DNA of 64,000 nt, from positions 59,086,001 through 59,150,000 of the forward strand of contig OY740787.1 in the NCBI GenBank assembly GCA_963514005.1, given 5' to 3'. A model generated the notes under the pieces. That model was not told the DNA's origin, did no database searches, and worked only from the letters and a program-made list of their open reading frames with translations. Origin of the DNA: Raja brachyura (Eukaryota). This document shows, piece after piece, positions 26,300 to 39,999 of the stretch; position 1 is the first letter of the stretch; each line of letters begins with the position of its first letter. The position numbers were made by a program, and so were the translations under genes.

Positions 26300-27465
26300 T
26301 AGATAGACAATAGACAATAGATAATAGACAATAGTTGCAGGAGTAGGCCATTCGGCCCATCAAGCCAGCACCGCCATTCACTGTGATCATGGCTGATCAT
26401 CCCCAATCAGTACCCCGTTCCTGCCTTCTCCCCATATCCCCTGAATCCGCTATCTTTAAGAGCCCTATCAAGCTCTCTCTTGAAAGTATCCAGAGATCCG
26501 GCCTCCACCACCCTCTGAGGCAGAGAATTCCAGACTCACAACTCTCTGTGTGAAAAAGTGGTTCCTCATCTCCGTTCTAAATGCCTTACCCCTTATTCTT
26601 AAACTGTGGCCTCTGTTTCTGGACTCCCTCAGGAAACATGTTTCCTGCCTCTAGCGTGTCCAAATCCTTAATAAATTACATGTTTCAATAAGATCCCCTC
26701 TCATTCTTCTAAATTCACGCCCAGCCACCGCCGAGCTAAATTCAGTATACAAGCCCAGCCGCTCCATTCTCTCAGCATGTGAGTCCCGCCATCCCAGGAA
26801 TTAACCTCATGAACCTACGCTGCACTCCCTCAATAGAAAAAATGTCCTTCCTCAAATTATGGGATCAAAACTGCACACAATACTCCAGGTGTGGTCTCAC
26901 TAGGGCCCTATAAAGCTGCAGAAGGACCTCTTTGCTCCTATACTCAACTCCTCTTGTTATGAAGGTCAAAATGCTATCACTTTCTTCACTGCCTGCTGTA
27001 CCTGCTTACTTTAATTGACTGATGAACAAAGACCACCAGATCCCATTGTATTTCCCCTTTTCCCAATTTGACACCATTTAGATAATAATCTGCCTTCCTG
27101 TTTTTGCTACCAAAGTGGATAACCTCACATTTATCCACATTAAACTGCATCTGCCATGCATCTGCCTACTCTCGCAACCTGTCCAAGTCACCCTGCATCC
27201 TCATAGCATCCTCCTCACAGTCCACATTGCCACCCAGTTTTGTGTCATCTGCAAATTTGCTAATAATCCCTTCATCTAAATCATTGATGTATATTGTAAA
27301 TAGCTGCGGTCCCAGCACAGAGCCTTGCGGTACCCCACTAGTCACTACCTGCCTTTCTGAAAGGGACCCGTTAATCCCAACTCCTTGTTTCCTGTCCATC
27401 AACCAATTTCCTATCCATGTCAACACTCTTCCCCCAATGCCATGTGCCATAATTTTGCCCACTAA
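26300..27465 (-). mobile_element. CR1 LINE fragment (RT domain to the 3' tail)
   Basis: [22 protein letters not shown] and a (CTATTGT)n tail. Confidence 0.92.
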
Positions 27466-28774
27466 TTAGGGGCATCTTGGATGACAGGGACAAGCTGTGC
27501 CTTATGACTCTACCAATGAATCTGTGCTTGAAACCTGCTTGCAAGGTCAAGTAAAGGTAAGAGTTTACCCAATTCCAAATCAAGAAGTAAATACCAAATA
27601 AATATAAATTGCACAAGTGATCATCTTTATGTATTTCCCTTGAAACAAGACATGACTCACTAAAGTTTGCATTGTTTGCCTGTCTGTACAACAAAAGAAA
27701 ATGTCTGACCATCTGCAACATTCCAATATATACTCCCGCCGTTCATTTACCGGTGTCTGACGCATCTCAGTTGTGAATGTTGGTCATGTTAACGATAGTT
27801 ACATGATAGTTCAATGAGTAACATGCCTTGTTACCCACAGCCATCCGCTGACTTCACTACATAACATAGAGCATAGAACAGTACAACACAGGAACACACC
27901 ATCCGGCCCACAATATCTGTGCCGAACATGATGCCAAGACCAACTCTTAACTTTACTTTAGACATTAAACTTTCATGACAGAGTGTGGGAACAGGTCCTT
28001 CGGCCCTCCGAGTCCACACCGACCAGCAATCACCTCATGCACTAGCATTATCCATTAGGCTAGAGGGAATTTATTATTTTTACCTAAGCCAAGTGTGGGA
28101 GGAGATCGAGCACCCGGAATGAGAACGTGCAAACTCCGCACAGACAGCACACGGAGCCAGAATCAAACCCAGGTCTTTGTGCTGTAAGGCAGCGGCTCTT
28201 CCGCTGTGCCACTGTTCCACCTGCACATGATCCATATCACTCCATTCCCTGCATATCCATGTACCTTTCCAAAAGCCGCTTAAACGCCCCTATTGTATCT
28301 GCCAACACCACCACCCCGGCAGCACGTTCCAGGTACCCTCCACCCTCTGTAAGAAAACTGGGCCCGCACATTTTCTTTCAATTTTTCCCCTCGCACCTTA
28401 AAGCTACGTCCTCTAGTATTTGATATTTCAACCCCGCGACTTCATAATTTTATATACTTCTATCAGGTCTCCCCATCTTGGAGGAAGTTCCTGGTGGTAG
28501 GAATCCCTGAGATTGTCTACAATCACACAACTTCCAGCAGTGGCTTGAAGAGTTTGGAGTCTGAAGAAGGGCCCAAGTGTGGGAGGAAATCGAGGGAATG
28601 TGGAAGGTAATCGTCACCTGTTCATGTCCTCCAAAGATGTTGCCTGACCCATTGAGTTACTCCAGTACTTTGTGTCTTTTTTGTTTTAAACTGGCATCTG
28701 CTGTTCCTTGTAACAGCATGAAGACTTTGTTGCAGATGATCACACATGTTATGGACATTCAGTCACAGTATATG

Positions 28775-28996
28775 TTGAAAGGAACTGCAGATGCTGGTTT
28801 ACACCGCGCATAGACACAACATACTGGAGTAACTCAGCGGGTCAGGCAGCATCTCTGGGGAAAAGGAAAAGGCGACGTTTTGGGTTGAGACCCTTCTTCA
28901 GTCTGAAGATGGTTCACGACCTGAAATGTCATCTATTCCTTTTCTCCAGAGATGTTGCCTGACCCGCTGAGTTACTCCAGTATGTTGTGTCTATCT
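28775..28996. mobile_element. Palindromic Penelope-terminal element (inverted pair)
   Basis: Arms are reverse complements around TCTTCAGTCTGAAGA (about 28902). Confidence 0.75.
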
Positions 28997-30649
28997 ACAA
29001 TCACATTATCCCTTCTCATCAGGACAATTAAAGATGACAGAAGTCGGAGATTGCAATATTATGTGCTTACCGTCAGTTGAACTTGCCTCTGAGACGCCAT
29101 AACATTGGACGAACCTAATGCATTGTTGTCTCACTGTTATGCCAAATGGGATGAGGTCTTCAGCTCTCCCAACAGTGTGAATTACCTGATAAATACAGGT
29201 TTGGGCGATTTTGCACAGATCCTTCAATCTTCTCAAAAACTAAAACTCGTCATAATTTCACAGGCTGAGCAATCCAAGCGGGTGATTTTGGCCGGAGAGC
29301 TACCTGCATTGCAGATGCTACTCGCTAGTAGTTGGAAATGCTCTGGGTTAAGGTGTGGGAGTTCCCATCTGCTCCAGGGCTTCCACTTCCTTTCCTGCTT
29401 CAATGGCATGTCGCCGAATACTCTCTTGAGCTTCTACAGGTGTACGGTAGAGAGCATATTCACTGGTTGCATCACTGCCTGGTTTGGGAACGAAGGAGAT
29501 CACAGAGAGTGGTGGACACTGCCCACTCCATCACGGGTACTGATCTTCCCATCATCGAAGGGATCTACAATAGTCGCTGCTTCAAAACGGCAGCCAGCGT
29601 CGTCAGAGTTTGACAACCGGGAGATTGTGTCGGCCAAGGTGGACTGAGCGTAGGTGTCAGCAAAATGATCACCCAATCTGAGCTTGTTCCCGCCGATATA
29701 TTCGATATATCCTTCCTATTCACATGTCTAGGGCAGCATTACAATTGCCCTTGTAAACACTGATCGCTAATAAAAAATGATAATCTCCCAGTTGCCAAAC
29801 ATTTACTGCTTTACTAAATGTATGCCTCCGTTATCACCTCCTCCACAGCCAACAATGGACCATTGTGGGCTCCTTAGCAATCGGTGCCGGCTCCAATTAG
29901 TTATGTACTCTTTCATACACCTAGTTTCCCTCTGCCCTGACTCTCAGCCTGAAGATAAATGAAGCTATGTCCTCAGGTACATCCCTAGGGCCTGATGGTA
30001 TGCATCCCAAGAAGGAGGTGGCCCGAGAAACTGTGAATACATTGGTGATCATTTTCTCATGTTCTATAGACTCTGGGTCAGTTCATGTGGACTGGAGGGT
30101 AGCTGGATTGCTGCCTGACCTGCTGAGTTAGTTACTCCAGTACTTTGTGTCTTTGTAAAAAACAGCACCTGCAGTTCCTTGAATCGCCAAGATTATTTTG
30201 TGTGTGGGAATGAAAGTGAACACATTCAGATAAAACTCTTTGACACATGGGACCTCACCACTGAAAGAGCATGTTAAATTATTGCTGCTGCAAGTGGTGT
30301 GATTGGCTCCGTGCTCTAGACGTTAAGGATCAATATCTAGGGCAGCACAGTGGTGCAGCAGTAGATTAAACAATCTCGACATCTTCCTTTTCACTCGGCT
30401 TTGATAATTATTATATTGTCCCATGTTCCATCATCATTTTATCTTCATGGTACATATTGGATGGGACATCATGAGGAAGCTGTACAAGTTGTTGGTGAGT
30501 CCACACTTGGAGTACTGTGTGCAGTTCTGGTCACCCAGTTACAGGACAGAAATCATTGAGTTGGAGAGGGTGCCGAAGAGATTCACCAGGATGTTACCAG
30601 GGATTGAGTTATAGGGAGAGGTTGGATTGGCAGGGACTATTTTAGAAAT

Positions 30650-31080
30650 ATAGAAACAGAAACATAGAAAATAGGTGCAGGAGTGGATCATTTGGCCCTT
30701 CGAGTCAGCACCGCCATTCAATATGATTATGGCTGATCTTCCAAAATCAGTACCCCGTTATGCTTTCACCCCATACCCCTTGATTCCGTTAGTCCTAAGA
30801 GCTATATCTAACACTCTCTTGAAAACATCCAGTGAATTGGCCTCCATTGCCTTCTGTGGCAGAGAATTTGACAGATTCACAACTCTCTGGATGAAAATGT
30901 TTTTCCTTATCTCACTCCTAAATGGCCTACCCCTTATTCTTAAACGGCGACCCCTGGTTCTGGGCTCCCCCAACATCGGGAACATTTTTCCTGCATCTCG
31001 CCTGTCCAATCCCTTAAGAATTTTATATGTTTCTATAAGATCCCTTCTTATCCTTCTAAATTCCAGTGAATATAAACCAG
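30650..31080 (-). mobile_element. CR1 LINE 3' fragment
   Basis: ORF 30758-31009 RTRG..QRVVNLSNSLP. Confidence 0.85.
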
Positions 31081-33399
31081 ATTAAAGTAGCATCCTGACC
31101 TGAACTGCATTTAACATTGTTCTCCGAAGATGCTGGCTGACCCACTGAGTTACTCCAGCAGTTTGTGACTTTTTGCCACATACAAATCCTTCCTGTGCCC
31201 GGTCTAAGAATGTTCCCATATGTCAGTGGAAGGTATGATATCAGAAATAGTTTTGTAATAAGGTATTAAAAGATTTCTTAAAATGGGCATGTGAATGATT
31301 GGAGACACAAGAAACTGCAGATGCTGGAATCTTGAGCATGCTATCCAGTCAGCGGAAAGACTATACCCGAGTACAATCGAACCGTTCACAGTGTACAGAT
31401 ACAGGATAATGGGTATAATGTGAAATCCGATGCTGGAATCCTGGGCAAAACATAAAGTGCTGGAGTAACTCAGCGGGTCAGGCAGCATCTGTGGAGGGGA
31501 ATGGACAGACAATGTTTTGGGTCTGAACATGAAAATGGTGCCTTTCCATTCCTTCCGCAGGTGCTGCCTGACCCGTTGAGTTCCTCCAGCACTTTAAGTT
31601 TTATCTCAACTTTGCCTGTTTTAGTGCCAGAAGAGAAGGCACCCATTGTCGGCATGCAAATCCCAACAAAGCATAATGATTGCAGATAGTGCAAGGGAGT
31701 GAATCTAATCGCCGTCTCAAAGAGGTACTTGGCATGGACTTGAAGTGAATGATGTTAATAAAGAAAGCACTTTTAAATGGCATAAATGCTACAGGAAGAA
31801 TAACAAGCTGTGATATCAGGACAGCAATGATGGTGAAATGAGCACACAAACGGCTGCAAATTGCTCTCTTATAGGCAGAGGCATACAAAGTCACACAATA
31901 GGCTGCAGATGTTAGCCAGTTAGTTGGTTTAGTTTTTGTCTCGTGAAAACAGTGAAATGTGTTTTGTTGAGCTATCCAGTCAGCGGATAGACTATACATG
32001 ATTACAATCGAGCCATCCACAGTGTACGGATAAAGGGAATAACATGAATAACCTTTAGTGCAAGATAAAGTCTAGTAAACCCCAATCAAAGATATTCCAA
32101 AATCTCCAATGAGGTAGATGGTAGCTCAGCGATAGTTCAATCACTTATGGCTGATAAGAAAACCGGGAGTCGGGGATATGGCAATACTCTACTGGGCCGA
32201 TTGTAAGGAACAATACTTCACTGTGTTAGCACTTCACACACATGACAATAAAAGGACCATTGAAGCATTCAACCATCCTAGTGAACAGAGTCGTGGGATT
32301 GAAAGTGTGCAAGAAGACATCATAGCTGAATGTGAGGAAACGAGTGATGCACTGACTGACATTTCAAATGGGATAATCGCTGAAGATCGCTGTCTCAAAA
32401 AGGCAGCCAGCATCATCAGAGACCCGCACCATCCTGGCTATGCTCTATCTTCATTCCAGCCATTGGGAAGAAGGGACAGAAGTCTAAAAGCTGTGACCAC
32501 CAGGTTCAAGGACAGCTTCTTCCCAACAACCATCAGGCTCTTTGAACACTGCACAGCACTAAGGGCAGGTAGAGCTGCTGCCTTACATCGCAGAGACCCG
32601 GGTTCAATCCTGACCTTGAGTGCTGTCTGTACGGAGTTTGCATGTTCTCCCTGCGACCGTACGGGTTTGTAGGTTAATTGGCCTCTGCAAATTGTGTGTG
32701 GAATGGATGAGAAAGTGAGATAACATAGAATTAGCGTGAACGGGTGATCAAGGGTTGGCATGGACTCAGTGGGCTGAAGGGCCTGTTTTCATGCCGTATC
32801 TCTGAAGTTAAACTGATATAAACACTAACCTTCGTAACTATGTCCTTTTATGACTGTGATTTTGGTTGCACTACAGAATTTGGTTTTACACTATTATTGT
32901 TACCCAGTGACACTGTTATTCATTTAATATATTATTGATTATTATATATTTATTTGCCTGTTATTGTATGAATGGGCCTGTAAAGCTGCAGCAAATAAGA
33001 ATTTCATTGTCGCTGGCACATGTGACAATTAAACACTCCTCTGGTTTCCTCCCACACTACAAAGACATACATGTTTGTAGGTTAATTGGCTTAGGTAAAA
33101 TTGTAAATTGTCCCTAGCGAGTAGGATAGCGTTAGTGTACGGGATGATCACTAGTCGGTGTGGACTCAGTGAACTGCTGGCCCCATTTCCACACTGTATC
33201 TCTAAAGTCTGCAATGGTTATGCATCTCACCGGATCAGGCAGCATCTCTGGAGTAGATGGATAGGTAACATTTCAGGTTGGGTCCTTTCCTCAGGCTGAT
33301 TGTAAAATTATACTCTTAATATATTAATCTATAATGGTATAACAAGGGGTCTCCGAGGGAAGTTGACAATTGCAAATGAAAAACAAATTGAGGGTTGGG

Positions 33400-34285
33400 T
33401 AATGCTGGGGAATGTTGTGGAGTGGAGTGATCTTGGAGTGCAGATAGATAGGGTGGCCAAGAAGGCTTTGGCCCTCATCAGTCATGGTGTTGCTTATAGT
33501 ATAGGAAGAAACTGCAGATGCTAGTTTAAACCAAAGATAGACACAAAAAGCTGGAGAAACTCGGCCAGACAGGCAGCATCTCAGGAGAGATGGAATGGAT
33601 GATGTTTGGTTCAAGAGGAAGTGTCTCGATCCAAAACGTCATCCATTCTTTCTCTCCTGCGATGCTGCCTGTCCCGCTGAGATACTCCAGTTTTTTGTGT
33701 CTATCTATGGTATTGCATATAGATGTTGGGAGATCATGTTGCAGTTATATAAAGCATTGATGAGGCACCATTTAGAGTATTGTATTCAGCTTTGGTCTCC
33801 ATGTTATAGGAAAGATGTTGTCAAGTTGCAAAATGATGCGGATAAGATTTACAAAGATGTTACCAGGACTTGAGGGTCTGAGCTGTAGGGAGAGATTGAA
33901 CAGGCTACGACGTTGTTCCTTGTAGTGCAGCAAGGTGAGGGGTGCTCTTATTGAGGTGTATATCATGAGAGGAATAGATAGGGTGAATGCTCAGAGTATT
34001 TTGCGGGACATGAGGACATAAGTTTAAGGTGGGGGATTTAATAGGAATTTGAGGGTTAACCTTTTTATACAAAGGGTGGTGGGAGAATGGAATGAGCTGC
34101 CCGACGAGGCAGTTGAGACAGGGTCTATCACAACATTTAAGAAATATTTGCACAGGTACATGGATGGGATAGGTTTAGAGGGATATGGGCCAAATGCAGG
34201 CAGGTAAGACTGGTGTAGATGGGACATGTTAGTCAGCATGGGCAAGTTGGACCAAAGGGCTTATTTCCACGCTGTATGACTCTAA
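33400..34285 (+). mobile_element. Degenerate CR1 fragment interrupted by a Penelope-terminal palindrome (about 33500-33707)
   Basis: HLEYCIQLWSP motif and CR1 3'UTR; inverted GATGCTGCC/GGCAGCATC arms inside. Confidence 0.7.
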
Positions 34286-35715
34286 CATCACCCAGTGAAA
34301 AATATCCAGAATTCAAGTGTAGACATACAGTGAACAATATCTAGAATACAAGTGTAGGGATGCAAGTATGTGGCTCTACAGTTTGAATAAACTAATGAAT
34401 AAGTTTATTGGCCAAGTATTCACATACAAGGAATTTGCCTTGGTGCTCCACCTGCAGGTAACAACATGACATGGTGACAGGTAGGAATGACACATAAAAC
34501 ATTAATAAAACATTATCAATTAAACATGTGAATTATATAAAATACGAGCAAAAGGAGGCTACAAGACTCTTGGTTATTGAGTAGAGCTCGTGGGGAAAAA
34601 GCAGTTTTTATGCCTAAGCCAAGCTGTTTTACGCCATTCATTGAAGTAGAGCTGGTATTGTGTTCTATATGAAGATCTGATGGGCTGTGATGTCCATTGA
34701 GCTATTCCTGAGAATTAGAACATAGAACAATACAGCACAGGAGCCGGCCCTTCAGCCCACAATGTTTGTGCCAAACAAGATGCCGTGTTAAACAAATCAC
34801 CTCTGCCTGCACGTGAACCATATTCTTCAATTTCCTACATATTCACGTGCTTATCCAAAAGCCTCTTAAATACCCCTACCCAAAAATACATGTAGTATTT
34901 CTATGAACAGTACTGGCAAACAAATATCATTCAGATTTGTAAAGATTTTTGGGAAGTGTTGCCACTCTTGGCAGCTCGATTTCTTCATCTGATGGGGGAT
35001 AGTCTCAGATGGAGTAAACGGTTTCAGTAAAAATGTTGCAGTTAATGGTTTTTCTATATATTTTTTTTTTCAATGGAATACATTCTCTGACCATTTGAAG
35101 AAACTTCCCGACCCAAAACGTCACCTGTCCATTCCCCTCCTAGATGCCTGACCCGCTGAGTTCCTCCAGCACTTTGTGTGTTCCTCAAGATTCCAGCATC
35201 TGCAATTTCTTGTGTCTCCCTTGATGAAATCCCCTGCTTCTGTCGACAAGCTCTCAACATAATCAACTTCGTTACCAGCGATCAAGTGCTGGAGTAACTC
35301 AGCGGGCCAGGCAGCATCTCTGGAGAACATGCATAGGTGGCGTTTTAGGTCGGGACCGATCTCCAGACTCCTTATGAGCCGAGTGTTCCTATTAGTGTTG
35401 AATTCACCTGCAGTTATTGGAGAATAGACGAAATCGCTGGTCTCGTTTTGCAGATCTCCCGATTCCGATATGGACACGCGATTCAAGCTCCCTGTTTATA
35501 CACCACCACGACAGCACACAAATAACAAGGAACTAATATGGATGTCACATATCAGAGCATTGTATGCATGTGAACTGGTTTTTACTCTTACAAAGATCTC
35601 AAAATGTTTAACTATGGTCTTAAGGATCTGTTAAAGGATCTGTTAAAATCTTAGATAGACACAAAAAGCCGGAGTAACTCAGCGGGTCAGGCAGCATCTC
35701 TGGAGAAAAGGAATA

Positions 35716-35749
35716 CGTAACGTTTCGGATCGAAATCCTTCATCAGACG
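35716..35749 (-). ncRNA. Minimal type-I hammerhead ribozyme-like motif, best-preserved copy
   Basis: Minus strand reads CGT-CTGATGA-A-GGAT(TTCG)ATCC-GAAA-CG-T-T-ACG: intact core, stem II with UUCG loop, palindromic AACGTT stem III and a 3-bp stem I. Activity is untested. Confidence 0.55.
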
Positions 35750-38700
35750 ACTCGCCCCGAAGCGCCATCCGTTCCTTCTCTCCAGAGATGCTTCCTGGCC
35801 CGCTGAGTTACTCCAGCACTTTGTGTCCATCTTCGGTTTAAACCGGCGTCTGTAGTTCCTTCCCACACATAAATTAAAACCATGGTCTGTTGGAACTGTC
35901 AGAAATTGGACGAAGCATTTTTTTTGTGAGGCATCTTATGTCAAACGATTCCTCTTTAACATATATACATATGCGCAAATATATATACGCGCAAATGTTA
36001 TTTTTGAGTTTAGTTTACATCCCCCCCCCCCCCCCCCCCCCCGGCGCAAAAAATCAAATTACCGACATTGAGTTCCACCGAACTGTTTCATCTAAAGGAA
36101 GGTCACCACCTGAAAGATCTCCTATACATGTTCCCCAAAGATGCTGCCTGACTCGCTCAGTTACTACTCCGGCACTTTGTGTCCCATCGACTTTATAGTA
36201 ATGTGGAGAGTATTTTTACATTGTATCCTAAGTTTTTTTATATATCAATAGTGTCTAATTTAAGTATGATTCGCTTGGTAGAGGGAACCAAAGGTCACAG
36301 AGGGTCAGCCATGAAGTGGCATGTCGAGTGGAATCCGCGATAAGCATAGAGTGGAACTGCAGATGCTGGAATCATGAGGAGAACACAAAGTGCTGGAGGA
36401 ACTCGGCGGGTCAGACAGCATCTGTGGAGGGAATGGACAGGTGCCCTTCTTCAGTGTCCTCAGATTTAGTCAAGGGGATGTATGCCATTGGGGAAAAAAA
36501 ACTATTGCAAGACCATTAATCACAACATTTTTACTGAAACAGTTTACTCCATCTGAAACAATTCTCCACACCAGAAATGAGCTGCCAAGTGTAGTAATCA
36601 AACCAGCGTTTCCCCAAAACAAAAAAGGCACAAAGTGCTGCTGTAACTCAGCAGATCTGGCAACATCTCTGGAGAACATGGACAGGTGATGTTTTGGGTC
36701 GGGGTCCTTTGTTGGAAGATTCGAAAAAAACCCCAAAGTATTTGAACGCTCAGTGAATAATTCCCCTTGACCAGGTTTCATTGCCAGGTTTATAGTAGAA
36801 ACGTAGAACTGCAGATGCTGGTTACATCTGAGGAAGGGTCCCGACCAGAGACCTCATCTATCATGTTCTCCAGAGATGCTGCCTACCCGCTGAGTTACTC
36901 CAGCACTTTGTGTCCCGTCGGCTTTATAGCAACTTGCACAGTATTTACACGTTACCTCCGAAGGATTGGGGTTTTGAACATGACTACTATTCGAAGCATA
37001 CACCTTCTGCGGATTGGATACATTTGGCTAAGGAAGCATTTCTCAACATCTAAGCTCATTATTTGTAAACGTGGTGCAGCAACATAACACGAAGCGCGTT
37101 AAAAGTTCATAAAGGCTCTTATTAGGTCAAGAGTAAAAGACAGCTTCTTCCCAGCTGTCGTCAGGCAACTGAACCATCCTATAAACAAAGACCTGTGATC
37201 TATCTCATTGGAGACCCTCGGATTATATTTAATCGAATTTTACTGGATTTGCACTAAATGTTATTCCCTTTATCCAGTATCTGTACACTGTGGCCGGTTT
37301 GATTGTAATCAAGTATAGTCTTTCCGACTGGATAGCACACGACAAAAAGTTTTTCATTGTACATTGGTACGCACGACAATAAACTAAACTACGCATGGAG
37401 ATAACTTGTGAAAACGTAAATAGTTGTCTGACATATCGCAGACACGCTGTATTTGCAGGTGGGTGCGTGGGGGGTGCTATGAGTATCGGAGGTACAAGAA
37501 ACTGCAGGTGCGGGTTCACAAAAAAGACACATAGCGCTGGAATAACTCAACGGGTCAGGCAGCATCTCTGGAGAACGTGAATAGGCGGCAAAGACGTGTA
37601 ACGTTACCTATCCATGTTCTCTAGAGATGCTGCTTAACCCGCTGAGTTGCTCCACCACTTGAGTCTCTCCGCGAGTATCTGACTCCACTTAAAGTTGTAT
37701 TAAGGGCTTTAATGAGGCCAGGAAAAATGCAATCCGTGTTAAATGAAGGTTTTATTTGAGTGTAGAAATATCAAGAAAAAGTTTGTGACTGAACTGTTAA
37801 AATTCTCAGAACACATCTTATCTTTCCCATTCTCCATTCAGTCATACTCAGTGAGTTTTTGAATGGTTATTATATTTTGTTCAATGTCGATACAAGGAAC
37901 TGCAGATGCCGGTTTAGAACAAAAGTGCAGGAGTAAATCAGCGGGTGAGACAGCATCTCTGACCCGCAGAGTTACTCCAGCATTTTTTTTTATTTTTTAT
38001 TTTTTAATTAAATATCAAACGTTGTATAGTTAGTAGTAGACATTTAGTATTTTTTGAATATTCAACATTTTAGAAATGCTACTATAGGGAAATCAGATTA
38101 AGTTTATTTTTTAAAGATTCCTGCTAAAAAAATCTGTAGGAAGGAACTAGATTATACCGAATATGGACACAAAATACCGGTGTAACTCAGCAGGTCAGGC
38201 AGCATCTCTGGCGAAAAGCGATAGATGGAACTGCAGATTCTGGTTGTACCTGCTAAAAATCTTAGTTAATTTGCACAATTATCGCAGGAGACTTTAGGCA
38301 CTCAATTTCTCTACTTGCACTGTGTTTGCTAACGGGATATTTATTAATTCAGCATGCATTATTCGAAAACAAATTAAAGATCATTTGACGTAAACGAGAA
38401 ATAATTAATTTAAATTCCAGTTATGAACAGAAAGCCTTGGTAAAATGCGAATATGATTGCTGTTAAGTAAATTGGATTTGTACCACGTTGAAAATTGCAA
38501 GAAACTAAGTAATAGGAACATAACAAATAAAAGATTTCTGATAATTATAGGATTTATTATCGATTTAAATACCGAACCGAGCAACGAAACGATTCAGACA
38601 AAATAATTAATATGTCGAATTAGCTGCCCCAGGGAGAAATATTAAAATGATTATAAAATAACTCAGATTACAGATTAACATGCCTGCATCCGCAACTAGA

Positions 38701-39086
38701 TGTGGCTATGATAGCCATAGAATACATTGGGTTTAAGCCACGTAAAAACATTCCTCACAAAAGGTGAACTCTGGTGCCGCACGTTTAAAATTTTATTATG
38801 CAGCAAATTACACGGAACATGCAAATGCTTTACCCTCCACCACCCCCCTCCCCATCACACACAACTAGCATTTTACGGTAAATTAAAGGAATACACTTGT
38901 TCCTCAACACACTAAATCACGCTCCTTCCCTACTATATTTAATAGAGCACGCGAGATGTAAAGCTGTCCAGCAAATGAATCATTGGATCAAATGGGTTAA
39001 AAATGGAGGATCTGTAAATATGGCAGGAAATCAGAAAAGAATAATTGTAATAAATATTACCAAGGCCACCACGGTTTAATTTTCTT

Positions 39087-39092
39087 TTTATT
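39087..39092 (-). terminator. Candidate TBR1 poly(A) signal AATAAA, with ATTAAA nearby
   Basis: TTTATT on + about 1.1 kb past the stop, in AT-rich unique sequence. Other candidates lie at about 38553 and 37751. Confidence 0.4.
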
Positions 39093-39968
39093 ATTTTACT
39101 TTACACATTAACTGGCGAAAGAAAAAAACAGTATCTGTGACGTTCACTTCAGAGGGAACGGAAAAGTATACCCATATACAAGCACGATCATATCTTTACA
39201 GAATAGACAAAATGTACATGTCAGCCCTGAAAAAACGTCATGGACCCCAACCCCCTCCCTCCCCCTATTGCAAACAGATCAAGATATATTTCTTGGGGGA
39301 TCTCCGTCACTTTAGAGTCCAGTTTAACAACGTGGCAATGTCAGGAACTGGACTCTAAAATTCTACGCTGCATTAAAAACGGGTGCATTAAAATCTATTC
39401 TAGAGCCCGAGGACATTCAACGCAAAATAATTCCACCATTCTACCATTTAAAATGATGATATGTACACATAATGTATATAGAAGCCAACGCCAAAACGTT
39501 GGCCAACGGATTTGAAGGGATTTATTTCCTGTACAGACATGATTTACAAAACGAAGCTTCAATTGAAGTGTTGGGGAGAGGTCTGTACAGATGAACACAC
39601 GGATTTTAAAACTTCACTCTTATAGTTATTTAAATCACATTTAGAACACTGATGGGTGTTTGCAAAATTAAAAAAACACCGGCCTAGGATTGCCATCGAG
39701 AGAAGGCGCCAGCAGCACAAGGGGGAGAAGAGGAAACACAGGGGACTGGAGCGAGATGGAGGGGTCTTTGTGCAGCGCGCAGGAATCTCTTATGACCAAA
39801 AACTGAAGCAAAAACACCGGCCTCGGATTTGGCACTGTCCCGGGAGAGGGAGATCCGAGTGGGATCTGCTGGAAGTTTGGACAGGATCTGGTGGATCCCA
39901 TGAGATCTGAATGGAATCCCTGGGAGGTGGCTGGACGAAATGTGGGTGGGATCTGGAGGAGATGATGT

Positions 39969-39999
<31 letters not shown>

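Noticed and set aside
29006-29647. ORFs 29006-29236 and 29105-29647
   Set aside because: The latter reads into a Rex1/Babar fragment (LSFYRCTVESI); the unique part matches no protein I recognise.
1-38000. SLC4A10 coding exons expected from synteny
   Set aside because: No SLC4-like peptide was recognised by eye; a TBLASTN search would be needed to exclude small exons.
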